The notes beneath the pieces were generated by a model, which worked only from the letters and a program-made list of their open reading frames with translations, had not been told where the DNA came from and did no database searches. The position numbers and the translations under genes were made by a program. 64,000 nucleotides of DNA, taken from Gammaproteobacteria bacterium. Lineage in GTDB: Bacteria > Pseudomonadota > Gammaproteobacteria > Pseudomonadales > Azotimanducaceae. This document shows positions 46,691 to 55,836 of the stretch, one piece after another. The DNA lies in NCBI GenBank assembly GCA_012269545.1, contig JAAXKB010000008.1, positions 12,348-76,347 on the forward strand, given 5' to 3'. How positions within the stretch are numbered: position 1 is the first letter of the stretch; every line of letters starts with the position of its first letter.

Positions 46691-47097
46691 GTTGAGTTCT
46701 CTGTTAGTGGTTCGTCGACCTTATCGCAATCTTGCTCATCGGCAAACACCCCCCGAGGACCCTTAAACCGTGGTGGCACTGATGAGACGTTCTGTTTAAC
46801 ATCGGGCGTAGGGATCTAGGAGAGAAAGGGATTCGCGTCGGGAGTGGGGAGCGCAGAACGAACGGAAAGTCGTCCGGAGAGATGGACGATGATCTGATTC
46901 GGAGAATGCTCGCATATCACCGCAAGTCTCTGATCAAGCCATGCTGGCACGATGAGGCCTTTGGGGTCATGTCGATCAAGCATCATTGGCGGTCCGATTT
47001 GGCTGCGGGGACGGTCCTTGCAGTCATGGTTCCAAACCGCCAGCGGTGTGAGCCGCTGAATAGATATTAAGCTTTCATACAAAAAGAGGAATTAACC

Positions 47098-48282
47098 ATG
47101 CGCGATGTTGTAATTGTTGATAGCGTACGCACCGGTCTGACAAAGGCCTTCCGTGGCAGCTTCAATCTGACTCGTTCAGACGATTTGTTAGCTCACTGCA
47201 TAGACTCACTGCTTGACCGTAATCCGCAGCTGGGCGCTGATGAAGTTGAAGACGTATACGTTGGCGCGGCAAGCCACACAGGCGAGCAGGACGGCAACCT
47301 GGCGCGCTTGGCTGTGATCTTATCCAAGCTCCCCGTTACGGCTGCCGGTGTGACCATCAATCGTTTTTGTTCATCTGGTTTGCAGTCCATTGCTCTGGCG
47401 GCGAACCAGATTGCGACGGGTCAAACCGAAGTAGCCATTGCCGGCGGTGTGGATAGCATCTCAATGCGCACGCGTCAGGAGCCGGGCAAGGCCAAGCAAA
47501 ACCAACGTCTGCTGGACGAAAAGCCAGAAATCTTCATGGCGATGGGTAATACCGCAGAAGTGGTTGCACGTCGTTATCAGGTAACGCGCGAAGCTCAGGA
47601 CGAATATGCCTTGCAAAGCCAGCAGCGTTATCAAGCCGCTGTAGAGGCTGGCTCCATAGCCGAAGAGATCGTCGGCATGAACGCTACGATGCTGAAGGTG
47701 AACAAAGAAACGGGTGAAGAAAGCCACGAGCAAGTCTGGGTTGATAAGGACGAGTGCAATCGTCCGCAAACAACGCTGGAAGGTTTGGCATCGCTGCCAC
47801 CAGCTTTTGAAGAAGACGGTTCCGTCACTGCAGGTAATGCCTCGCAGTTGTCTGACGGTGCCTCTATGACCCTACTGATGAGCGCAGATCGCGCTGCGCA
47901 GCTTGGCTTAACCCCAATCGGCATCTACCGCGGCTTCACCGTCGCCGGCTGTGAACCTGATGAAATGGGTATCGGCCCAGTTTTCGCCATCCCTCGTTTG
48001 CTGAAGAATGCTGGCTTGTCGATTGATGACATCGATCTGTGGGAACTGAATGAGGCGTTTGCGTCCCAGTGTCTCTACTCGCGCGACGCATTGGGCATCG
48101 ACAACGAGAAATACAATGTACTTGGCGGCAGCATTTCAATCGGTCACCCGTTTGGCATGACGGGTTCCCGACAGACAGGTTCGATTCTGCGTGAGTTGAA
48201 GCGTCGCAACAAAAAATATGGTGTTGTAACCATGTGCATCGGTGGCGGCCAAGGCGCTGCGGGTCTTTTCGAGTCCGCCTAA
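47098..48282 (+). CDS. acetyl-CoA C-acyltransferase (3-ketoacyl-CoA thiolase)
   Basis: Thiolase motifs: active-site Cys ([12 protein letters not shown]), [30 protein letters not shown]. Confidence 0.9.
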   Translation: MRDVVIVDSVRTGLTKAFRGSFNLTRSDDLLAHCIDSLLDRNPQLGADEVEDVYVGAASHTGEQDGNLARLAVILSKLPVTAAGVTINRFCSSGLQSIALAANQIATGQTEVAIAGGVDSISMRTRQEPGKAKQNQRLLDEKPEIFMAMGNTAEVVARRYQVTREAQDEYALQSQQRYQAAVEAGSIAEEIVGMNATMLKVNKETGEESHEQVWVDKDECNRPQTTLEGLASLPPAFEEDGSVTAGNASQLSDGASMTLLMSADRAAQLGLTPIGIYRGFTVAGCEPDEMGIGPVFAIPRLLKNAGLSIDDIDLWELNEAFASQCLYSRDALGIDNEKYNVLGGSISIGHPFGMTGSRQTGSILRELKRRNKKYGVVTMCIGGGQGAAGLFESA

Positions 48283-48352
48283 TGGCCGAGTCGGGAGTGC
48301 TCGCATCTGCGAGCGCACCCGCCAGTAAGAGACCTTGCACGGTGTGCATAAA

Positions 48353-48382
48353 GAGCGATCTCAATAGAGATCGCTTTTTTTT
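48353..48382 (+). terminator. rho-independent terminator
   Basis: AGCGATCTC-AATA-GAGATCGCT followed by T8, 70 nt after the thiolase stop. Confidence 0.8.
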
Positions 48383-48518
48383 GCCAGGAATTTCCGTGTT
48401 GTTCGGGAAGGCGCGTAACACTTTGAAACAGGCGAGACATGGGTTGGAAACAAGCGCGCCCGATAATGTTTCTCGATAAAGGATTGTCAGAAGAAAACCC
48501 TCAGGGCAACATGCATTC

Positions 48519-49346
48519 ATGGAAATGGGCGTAAGCAAACACATAGAAAACTATGCAGGCTTGATGCGGGGCAGAGTAGTGCTGTCTTGTCTGGTGTTCT
48601 GCGTGTTCAGTGCTGCCTATGCAGAAGAGACTCAGGCCCCCATTGAGGCCGAAGAAGGGTCTGTCGTGGTGAGCTTTGAACGTGCGACCGATGAGCAAAT
48701 TGGCGGCATGTTGCAACGCTGGCCTCAGCTTGATGCGCCTCAGCGGAGAGATCTGCTAGCCGAGGTACGCAAGCGCATGCGCTCTGCCAGTCAGATTCAA
48801 GATGGGCAGGCCGCCGCAGCCAGTCATAACAGGGCACCCTCGCTGACCCTGCGCATTAAAAGAGCTCAGACCCAACACAGCTTTGGGCGGACTGCACCGC
48901 GAGGTGATGTGGGAAGTGATGGCGGGCAAACCGCCGAGGTACGGAGTGATCGGCAAAACGCGCAGCGTCCGCGTGAACTCGTGATTCGGGCTACGGTCAC
49001 GCAAATATTGCCGGATGGCAGGAAAGTAACGCGACAAAAAACCTTGGTTCCAAGTTCGCTGCGAGCGAAACTGGAAAAAAATGGGCCCACAGAGAATTCC
49101 AATGCTGGCCTGATCGCGGATTCTCCCGCTCTGGCAGAGTTGCAGCGAAGTTCGGCAGGGAAGATGACGGTCCGACGAACGACCGTCCGCTTTGGAACCG
49201 GCTTTCACCAACGTCATCAGGTAGCGGGCCCTTCAGCCTCGATTCAGCCCGATGTCCGTCGGATTTCCTCACCTGAAGTTGTCGTCAGCCCCGGTGATGT
49301 GCGGCTTTCGGTGCCCGTCACCGCAGATTCAAAGAAGACCAACTGA
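48519..49346 (+). CDS. hypothetical secreted, Arg-rich protein
   Basis: Signal-peptide-like N-terminus (VVLSCLVFCVFSAAYAEE). Its stop lies 1 nt before the response-regulator ATG. No recognised family; one LxxxQR helix (LDAPQRRDLLAEVRKRM). Confidence 0.55.
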   Translation: MEMGVSKHIENYAGLMRGRVVLSCLVFCVFSAAYAEETQAPIEAEEGSVVVSFERATDEQIGGMLQRWPQLDAPQRRDLLAEVRKRMRSASQIQDGQAAAASHNRAPSLTLRIKRAQTQHSFGRTAPRGDVGSDGGQTAEVRSDRQNAQRPRELVIRATVTQILPDGRKVTRQKTLVPSSLRAKLEKNGPTENSNAGLIADSPALAELQRSSAGKMTVRRTTVRFGTGFHQRHQVAGPSASIQPDVRRISSPEVVVSPGDVRLSVPVTADSKKTN

Positions 49347-49347
49347 T

Positions 49348-50094
49348 ATGGTCGCAGTGAACCTGCAGGAGGCAGACGCTGAGAGAATCTTGGTCTTGGA
49401 CGATGATCCCGAGATTTGTGAACTGACCCAAGCCTACCTGCAACAGCAGGGATTTATCGTGGATACGGTGCAGTCCGGGGAAGCTGCGGACACCTACCTT
49501 AGCGAGAACTCAGTCGATCTGTTGGTGTTGGACCTTATGCTGCCCGGCGAGCATGGATTGACGATTGCTCAGCGCCTGAAGAAGCATACGGATTTACCCA
49601 TCATAATTATCTCAGCCCAGGGCGACGACGTAGATCGAATCGTCGGCTTGGAATTAGGCGCGGACGATTATCTGGCCAAGCCTTTTAACCCGCGAGAACT
49701 GCTTGCACGCATACGCGCCGTGTTGCGTCGCGCTGCCAAGCCGGCAGCCGAAGCATCGGATCTGTCCTCGGTAGTGAGTTTTGGTAAGTTCACGTTAGAC
49801 ATTGCTTCACATCGCTTAAGCAGTGGTGATACGGACATCGCGCTAACCTCTGGTGAATTCGATTTGCTGGAAATTCTGGTTGCCCATCCCAACAAGGTTC
49901 TGCATCGAGACCGCATATTGGACTTGCTAACCGGCGCAGAGCGTTCGCCTTTTGACCGTTCTATTGATGTGCGCATTACTCGACTGCGCTCAAAACTTGA
50001 ATCAGACCCGGCGAATCCAATTTTTATAAAAACAATATGGGGAAAGGGCTACATGTTCTGCCCAGTGAGTGCTGGCACCTCTGAACCGAGTTAA
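49348..50094 (+). CDS. OmpR/PhoB family response regulator
   Basis: Receiver domain (ILVLDDDPEICEL ... DLLVLDLMLPG) plus a winged-helix output domain (IKTIWGKGYMF). Start moved to MVAVNLQ at 49348. Confidence 0.9.
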   Translation: MVAVNLQEADAERILVLDDDPEICELTQAYLQQQGFIVDTVQSGEAADTYLSENSVDLLVLDLMLPGEHGLTIAQRLKKHTDLPIIIISAQGDDVDRIVGLELGADDYLAKPFNPRELLARIRAVLRRAAKPAAEASDLSSVVSFGKFTLDIASHRLSSGDTDIALTSGEFDLLEILVAHPNKVLHRDRILDLLTGAERSPFDRSIDVRITRLRSKLESDPANPIFIKTIWGKGYMFCPVSAGTSEPS

Positions 50095-50127
50095 CAAGGT
50101 CTTTAGAGGTCCGGGATTTTAGTAATT

Positions 50128-51438
50128 ATGAGTTTTCTCCGAAGAATACGGCAGTCAGAGTCATTTCGACCGCAATCGTTACTTGGCCGAACCACGCTAA
50201 CTCTAGCCGTCAGTTCGTTTTTGATTGCTGTTGTGTCTACTATCGCTCTGAATCTTTTCGTTATCGATCCTATTGCTGAGCGGTCGGCTGATGACGAAGC
50301 CGCTCTGCTGGTGTTATCTGCTCAAACCTGGGTGGAACTACCGCCTCAAGCAAGGCCGTATTTCGAGCTGGAACTTGCTCAAAGTCACGATTTGATCATC
50401 AGTGTTGCAGAACAGACGCTGCCGCCCTTGGATCGATACCTACCGTTTACAGAACTGTTGTTAGAAAAATTACAGCAGCGGCTGGCGCTGGACGTGCAGC
50501 TATACGACGGCGACGATCTGGTGTGGGTTGACGTTCCGATGGCGGGGTACAATTTGCAGATTGGCTTCTCACCTGACCGCCGCGCTGTGCAATTGCTCTA
50601 TGTTGCGATTGTAATAGCCACGCTGGGTGCGGGGATTGTATTTTTAACGTCCCTGCTGATTGTCCGAAAAATTGCCCGCCCGCTGGTTCAAGTTGGCAAG
50701 CAGGCGGAAACGTTCCGCGGATTGGCCGAAATTGAACCGCTGCCGGAAACTGGGCCCAGAGAACTGGTTTCCCTAGCCCGAAATTTCAACACCATGGCCG
50801 ATGAGATTGCCCTAGTGCTGTCGAATCGTACGACGTTGATGGCCGGCATATCACATGATTTACGTACCCCTCTAACGCGTATGCGTTTGGCGTTGGCGCT
50901 TTTGCCGGAAAACGTGGACCGAGTTTTAGTTCAGCGATTTGAGCGCAATCTGGAAGCCATGGATGTCTTGATCGGGGACGCTCTGCGCTTTGCTCAGGGC
51001 ACCCGTGAAGAGGCACAACCTGTAGCGCTGGCGCCCTATGTGAGAGAAGTGCTCGATACCTTCGAACAGGACGTCGATTTTGCTTGTTCCATAAGTGATG
51101 GCGTGACACTCGACCTTGCACCTAACGCGTTTTCTCGAGTGCTCAACAATCTCGTTGGCAACGGGATTAAGTATGCAGACCGGGTCGCTGTATCGCTCAG
51201 CGCCGCAGAAATTGTGGTCAGTGACAATGGACCCGGCATTCCTGAGTCCGAGCGCAGTCGAGTTTTCCAGCCTTTTTATCGGCTGGAAACGTCTCGCAAT
51301 GTCAACACAGGTGGCAGTGGATTGGGTCTGGCTGTCGTGCAGCAGTTGAGCGCAGCTCACGGCTGGAAAATTGAGGTCGGAGACTCGCTGATGGGCGGGG
51401 CTGAGTTCCGCTGGTGTTTCGACAGTAAGGCGAAATAA
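50128..51438 (+). CDS. sensor histidine kinase (EnvZ/CpxA-like architecture)
   Basis: Two TM segments flank a periplasmic region of about 110 aa. HAMP domain, H-box ISHDLRTPLTR, and ATPase N/G boxes (NLVGNGIKYA, DNGPGIP, GGSGLGLAVV). Confidence 0.85.
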   Translation: MSFLRRIRQSESFRPQSLLGRTTLTLAVSSFLIAVVSTIALNLFVIDPIAERSADDEAALLVLSAQTWVELPPQARPYFELELAQSHDLIISVAEQTLPPLDRYLPFTELLLEKLQQRLALDVQLYDGDDLVWVDVPMAGYNLQIGFSPDRRAVQLLYVAIVIATLGAGIVFLTSLLIVRKIARPLVQVGKQAETFRGLAEIEPLPETGPRELVSLARNFNTMADEIALVLSNRTTLMAGISHDLRTPLTRMRLALALLPENVDRVLVQRFERNLEAMDVLIGDALRFAQGTREEAQPVALAPYVREVLDTFEQDVDFACSISDGVTLDLAPNAFSRVLNNLVGNGIKYADRVAVSLSAAEIVVSDNGPGIPESERSRVFQPFYRLETSRNVNTGGSGLGLAVVQQLSAAHGWKIEVGDSLMGGAEFRWCFDSKAK

Positions 51439-51695
51439 ATAAGTGAACTGTTTCTCGCTTTTGTCTACATAACTGCTGCAGCTGAAATTCCCCATCGACA
51501 TTTGATACAAAATGTCACAAAAAATACGACCCTAGAAATGCTCCTGAAACGTCAAATTCGGATACTGGGCCCGTCACTGTGATAGTGGCATTTCTCTCCA
51601 AGATCTCGAGAGCGAACGTTTACAGGGTTGACAGGCCAAACCAGCCGATCATCGCAAAAGCGCATCGCTCTGAAGTGCACGGGATCAACTCCGAA

Positions 51696-51730
51696 GCCGC
51701 CGGTTTTCTCTCCAGACCGGCGGCTTTTTT
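51696..51730 (+). terminator. orphan rho-independent terminator
   Basis: GCCGCCGG (51696..51703), a 13-nt loop, then CCGGCGGC (51717..51724) followed by T6. It lies 258 nt downstream of the kinase stop and 65-70 nt upstream of the next gene. Confidence 0.7.
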
Positions 51731-51800
51731 ATCCCCGTTTTCCGCTTGCGTCGCGTGATCGATTCATCAACGATGGTGATTTTATGCGGGGCATTTGACT

Positions 51801-52610
51801 ATGAGCGAACAAACCAACGATGGAACTACTGAACATGCCTTTGAAAACGTACTGTATTCTGTGCGCGGACCGCTGGCACTCATCACCATCAATCGTCCGG
51901 AAAAGCACAATGCTATCTCGCTCGCGACATTGGATGATCTGCACGGAGCTGTGGATCAGGCGGCTTATGATGATGCGGTTAGGGTGATTGCCATCACCGG
52001 AGCGGGAGGCAAGGCGTTTGCTGCGGGATCAGACCTATCCGAGGTGATTAATCGTGATTTTAAAAAGGCTCTAGAACCCATCGTGCAAGGACTTGCGGAT
52101 AAATTAGAGCGCACGCCAAAGCCGACAATCGCCGCGATTGACGGTATCTGTATGGGTGGCGGGTTGGAAGTCGCACTGGGCTGCGATCTCCGAGTTGCGA
52201 CGCCGCAGTCGCGCTTCGCGACCCCTGAAGGCAAGTTGGGCATTATTCCAGGAGGCGGCGCCACGGCTCGTTTGCCTCGCGTGGTGGGTCGTGGCTGGGG
52301 TATGGAAATGATGCTCATGGGTGAACCCATCGGCGCGGATCGGGCCCTGCAAATCGGTTTAGTGACGCGATTGGTGGAAAGCGATGAGTTGATGGGTGAG
52401 ATTCAAAAGATGGCTGAGCATTTGGCGTCCTTTGCGCCGTTCGTACCGCGTACGATGAAAGCCATGGTGCATTTCGGGATGGAGGCAAGCCTCGCCGGGG
52501 CGTTGATGTTCGAAAAATATGCTCAAGGGGCCCTGGTGCAGACCGAAGACAAAGCAGAAGGGATTAACGCATTTTTAGAAAAACGAACCCCGGACTTTAA
52601 GGGGCGTTAG
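51801..52610 (+). CDS. enoyl-CoA hydratase/isomerase family protein
   Basis: Crotonase motifs (LITINRPEKHNAIS, ITGAGGKAFAAGSDL, IAAIDGICMGGGLEVALGCD). Confidence 0.85.
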   Translation: MSEQTNDGTTEHAFENVLYSVRGPLALITINRPEKHNAISLATLDDLHGAVDQAAYDDAVRVIAITGAGGKAFAAGSDLSEVINRDFKKALEPIVQGLADKLERTPKPTIAAIDGICMGGGLEVALGCDLRVATPQSRFATPEGKLGIIPGGGATARLPRVVGRGWGMEMMLMGEPIGADRALQIGLVTRLVESDELMGEIQKMAEHLASFAPFVPRTMKAMVHFGMEASLAGALMFEKYAQGALVQTEDKAEGINAFLEKRTPDFKGR

Positions 52611-52706
52611 AGGAACTGGATGCCGAAGACCACAGAAGCGAGTCTTGTCGGGCCACCTGTGTTTCGGACATACTCGCAGCTCAACTTAGAAACAGGAGGG
52701 GACCGG

Positions 52707-53198
52707 ATGGCGGTAGACAAGTTTCCGATTGAGGGCAGTCATATCATGATGTTTGCTCGCTCAATCGCTGATGACAATCAGATTTATTATGACGCAGATT
52801 ATGCAAAGACAACGGAAGCAGGGGCCGTCATTGCGCCACCCACCTTCGCTCAATCGTCTGCACAATTTGACCCAACGTATTTTCTCCGGCCAAAGATCGG
52901 TGAGGAGTGGTTTGGTTCTGGTAAAGAAGCCACGAGTATCAAGAAAAAAGAGTCTTCCGGCGGCGGTGGCGGCGGTGGATTGCACGCTGAACAGCACTTT
53001 GAATATCACCGCCATGTGGGTCCGGGTGACGTTCTGACTGCTGAGGTCAAGCCCGGTAAAACTTGGGAAAAAGAGGGCAAACGCTCAGGCAAGCTAGTTT
53101 TTAGCGAGACCATTACAGAATACCGTGACCAGAACGGTGAGTTAGCAATTACGGCACGCGGTGTCGGTGTTCGCACCGAGCGACCTGTAGATCAATAA
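52707..53198 (+). CDS. MaoC-like hot-dog protein, apparently non-catalytic partner subunit (FAS1-like dehydratase N-terminal type)
   Basis: Start set at MAVDKFPIEG (52707) with a CAGGAGGGG RBS. At the hydratase-2 motif position it reads SIADDNQIYYD, with no His. Internal Gly7 run (SSGGGGGGGLH). Ends 10 nt before the catalytic MaoC gene. Confidence 0.75.
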   Translation: MAVDKFPIEGSHIMMFARSIADDNQIYYDADYAKTTEAGAVIAPPTFAQSSAQFDPTYFLRPKIGEEWFGSGKEATSIKKKESSGGGGGGGLHAEQHFEYHRHVGPGDVLTAEVKPGKTWEKEGKRSGKLVFSETITEYRDQNGELAITARGVGVRTERPVDQ

Positions 53199-53208
53199 GG
53201 GGGTAGTT

Positions 53209-53616
53209 ATGGCACTTTCAGCAAGTAATTTAAAAGCGGGCGATACCTACACCGAGTGTTTGGTTGAAGACCTCTCCAGAACACAAATCGTAATGTATGC
53301 CGGAGCCTCCGGTGACTACAATCCGGTTCATACCGATGAGAAGTTCACGAAGGAAATCGCCGGATACCCGTCGGTATTTGCGCACGGCATGCTTACGATG
53401 GGTATGACAGGACGCATGCTCACTAACTACGTTGGCGACGGGCGATTGACCAAGTACGGAGTTCGTTTCACCAGCCAAGTGTGGCCCGGCGACTCTCTCA
53501 ACTCCACCGCTACAGTAGTGGACGTAGCCGACGGCATTGTAAATCTGAACGTTGAAACGACAAACCAAGACGGGGCAGTGGTTTTGTCCGGTTATGCTGC
53601 GGCTCGAGTCGACTGA
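53209..53616 (+). CDS. MaoC family (R)-specific enoyl-CoA hydratase/dehydratase
   Basis: Intact hydratase-2 motif YAGASGDYNPVHTDEKF. 135-aa single hot-dog fold. Confidence 0.85.
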   Translation: MALSASNLKAGDTYTECLVEDLSRTQIVMYAGASGDYNPVHTDEKFTKEIAGYPSVFAHGMLTMGMTGRMLTNYVGDGRLTKYGVRFTSQVWPGDSLNSTATVVDVADGIVNLNVETTNQDGAVVLSGYAAARVD

Positions 53617-53656
53617 TTGACTTGAGCAGCCGCAGGAGGAACCTGCGGTCGCTGTT

Positions 53657-53691
53657 GAAAGCGGGACGCCTCTGGGTGCTCCGCTTTTTTT
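53657..53691 (+). terminator. probable rho-independent terminator
   Basis: AAAGCGG ... CCGCTTT stem followed by T8 (53684..53691). Preceded by a second hairpin CCGCAGG-AGGAA-CCTGCGG. Confidence 0.55.
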
Positions 53692-53718
53692 TGTCTGGCG
53701 AAACAGCCTTCGGCGCCG

Positions 53719-54432
53719 CTACCACTTTTCTAGCGAGGTGCGAACATCGAGCTCAAAACTCCAGGCTTGCCGTGGTTGCTGGTACAAGAAAACATAGCCA
53801 TCGACGATGCCGTCGATGTTTATCATGCCCTCATCGCCCAGTTTCGCTGCATATTCAGGGAGCCCCTTTTTGATTTTTTCGCCCCCAATCGGGCCGTCGA
53901 CAACCACGTGCCCCACATGCACGCCGTCGCGACCGTATTCTTTGGCCATAGCCTGAGCCAGATTGCGCAGAGCGCCCTTAGATGAATTAAATGCACCAAA
54001 GTTCTCCCGACCGCGCAGTGACGCGCTCGCGCCGGTAAAAATCAACGTACCGCCTTGATCGCCAAAGCGGTGGATTGCTGCTTTGCCGAACAAAAAACCG
54101 CCAAAACAGCACACTCGCCAGCTGTTTTCGAAATACTCCGGGCTCATGTCAGCGATTCTGCCGGGCGTGTTGTTGCCTGTATTGTAGATGGCTAGCGCCA
54201 GATCGTTGCCGGCCAGGTCAAACAGACGTTCTGTGTCTGCTTCCGATGTGGCATCGGCCACTACAGCCTCGCCGGAGCCGCCCGCGGCCGCAATTGAGTC
54301 GACGACCGCCTGTAATTTGCTCTCGGTACGACCTGCCGCCAACACATGTAGGCCGAGGCTGGCGAAGCGCAGACAGAGCTGAGCGCCGAGACCTTCTAGC
54401 GGGCCAACGCCACTGACAATGGCTGTTTTCAT
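53719..54432 (-). CDS. SDR family oxidoreductase
   Basis: Rossmann N-terminus (TAIVSGVGPLEGLGAQL) and SDR core (FTGASASLRG...FNSSKGALRNLAQAMAKE). Confidence 0.85.
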   Translation of the reverse strand: MKTAIVSGVGPLEGLGAQLCLRFASLGLHVLAAGRTESKLQAVVDSIAAAGGSGEAVVADATSEADTERLFDLAGNDLALAIYNTGNNTPGRIADMSPEYFENSWRVCCFGGFLFGKAAIHRFGDQGGTLIFTGASASLRGRENFGAFNSSKGALRNLAQAMAKEYGRDGVHVGHVVVDGPIGGEKIKKGLPEYAAKLGDEGMINIDGIVDGYVFLYQQPRQAWSFELDVRTSLEKW

Positions 54433-54713
54433 GATGATGCCTCCGGAATCACTTGTTTGAAGGGGTGGACTGCGACGGTTTGGAACAGCCCTGCGATGTT
54501 GTATGGGTCAGCTGCGGCAATCGCCTTCGCTGTAGCCAAGTCCTCGCAGTCGATAACCACAATCGAGCCAATGGGCTGGGATTCGTCGTCACTCAGTATA
54601 GGTCCTGCAAAACGCACGTTGTGCTCTGCAAGGAATGCCAGATGAGCGGGCCGAGTCTGCTTGCGCAGCTCGAAACCGTTATCGATGTCCTGGCAGATCA
54701 ACGAAAAAAGCAT
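54429..54713 (-). CDS. YciI family protein
   Basis: 94-aa YciI-like sequence (RPAHLAFL...FAGPILSDD...GSIVVIDCEDLATAKAIAAADPY). 4-nt overlap with the SDR gene. Confidence 0.8.
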   Translation of the reverse strand: MLFSLICQDIDNGFELRKQTRPAHLAFLAEHNVRFAGPILSDDESQPIGSIVVIDCEDLATAKAIAAADPYNIAGLFQTVAVHPFKQVIPEASS

Positions 54714-54745
54714 AGAGATCTCCTAAGTCCAGTAAACGTGCCGTC

Positions 54746-55672
54746 TCAGTTGAGATGGGACCTGAGCCGCTCAACCAGAGTTAACAGCGGGCCTCGAGAG
54801 CATTCAAATACCGCAGCAGTGCTGAAAAAATCATGGACCAAGCCATCGCAGCGTATGATTTCTGCCGGAGAACCTGCAGCATTAAGCGCGTCGCCATAGG
54901 CCTCACCTTCGTCCCGAAGCGGATCAAACTCAGCGGTAATGACCAGTGCCGATGGCAGGTTGGCTAAGCTCTGAGCGTGTATGGGCGTTGCCCTGGGGTC
55001 CTTACGGTCTGCTTCGTTGGGGCAATAGGTATCCCAAAACCACTGCATTAACGGAGTTTCCAAAATGAAACCTTCACCGTTTTCCGCGTAGGATTGCTGG
55101 GACATCGAGCAATCGGTGACGGGGTACAGCAGGCCTTGGAAAGCGATACTCGGTCCCTTCTGATCGCGGGCCATCAGCGCCATAACCGCAGCAAGATTTC
55201 CGCCGGCACTTTCTCCGGCAACGCCGATTTTCCCGTTACCGGTGACGGCGTCTTGGTTGCTAGACACCCACTCCACAACAGCAAAACAATCATCAACGGC
55301 GGCTGGGAAAATGTGTTCGGGCGCCATGCGATAATCAACGGAAACGACCACGATATTCGCGAGCGATGCCAGTTCTCGACAAACGGCATCGCAGGTGTCG
55401 ATGTCGCCAATTACCCACCCACCGCCGTGGAAATAAACCAAGGTGCCGAAGGGGCCCTCGCCTTCAGGTCGGTAGATTCGGATAGGAATATCGCCCAAGG
55501 GACCGGATACTCGCCTGTCCTCGGTTGCGTGAATCGCCAACTCTGGATTGACTGGGCGCATGGCGCGATAGGCTTCACGAGCGTCGGCAACAGGAATTTC
55601 CGACAAACTCGGTGTAGGTCCGGCGGCGGCAAGTTGTTCGAACATGGCCTGATATTCTGGTGCTAATGGCAT
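54746..55672 (-). CDS. alpha/beta hydrolase, hormone-sensitive-lipase (Aes-like) esterase family
   Basis: HGGGW oxyanion motif, GESAGGNLA nucleophile elbow, DPLRDEG, and C-terminal HDF. Start moved to MPLAPEYQ at 55672. Confidence 0.85.
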   Translation of the reverse strand: MPLAPEYQAMFEQLAAAGPTPSLSEIPVADAREAYRAMRPVNPELAIHATEDRRVSGPLGDIPIRIYRPEGEGPFGTLVYFHGGGWVIGDIDTCDAVCRELASLANIVVVSVDYRMAPEHIFPAAVDDCFAVVEWVSSNQDAVTGNGKIGVAGESAGGNLAAVMALMARDQKGPSIAFQGLLYPVTDCSMSQQSYAENGEGFILETPLMQWFWDTYCPNEADRKDPRATPIHAQSLANLPSALVITAEFDPLRDEGEAYGDALNAAGSPAEIIRCDGLVHDFFSTAAVFECSRGPLLTLVERLRSHLN

Positions 55673-55836
55673 TGAATTTTCTCCTCTCATCCCAAACTTG
55701 AGCACAAAGAAGCTACACTATCCCGCTGACCAAGACTACACAGTGCCAAGGCAAGTCTTGTTTGTCTGCGGCAGCGCGAGTGCCGCAGGAAATCAGCGCT
55801 CTGGATGAGTGCCACCAACTGGCACCGGAGAAACCA

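Noticed and set aside
46691-47097. ORFs 46816..47082 (-) and 46882..47070 (+) between the GPx and thiolase genes
   Set aside because: They are mutually overlapping with no motifs and no RBS. The region is more simply a divergent promoter region, though 407 bp is long.
47936-48544. 202-aa minus-strand ORF spanning the thiolase 3' end and the terminator
   Set aside because: It overlaps the thiolase coding region and a plus-strand rho-independent terminator. Cys/Arg-rich composition with no motif.
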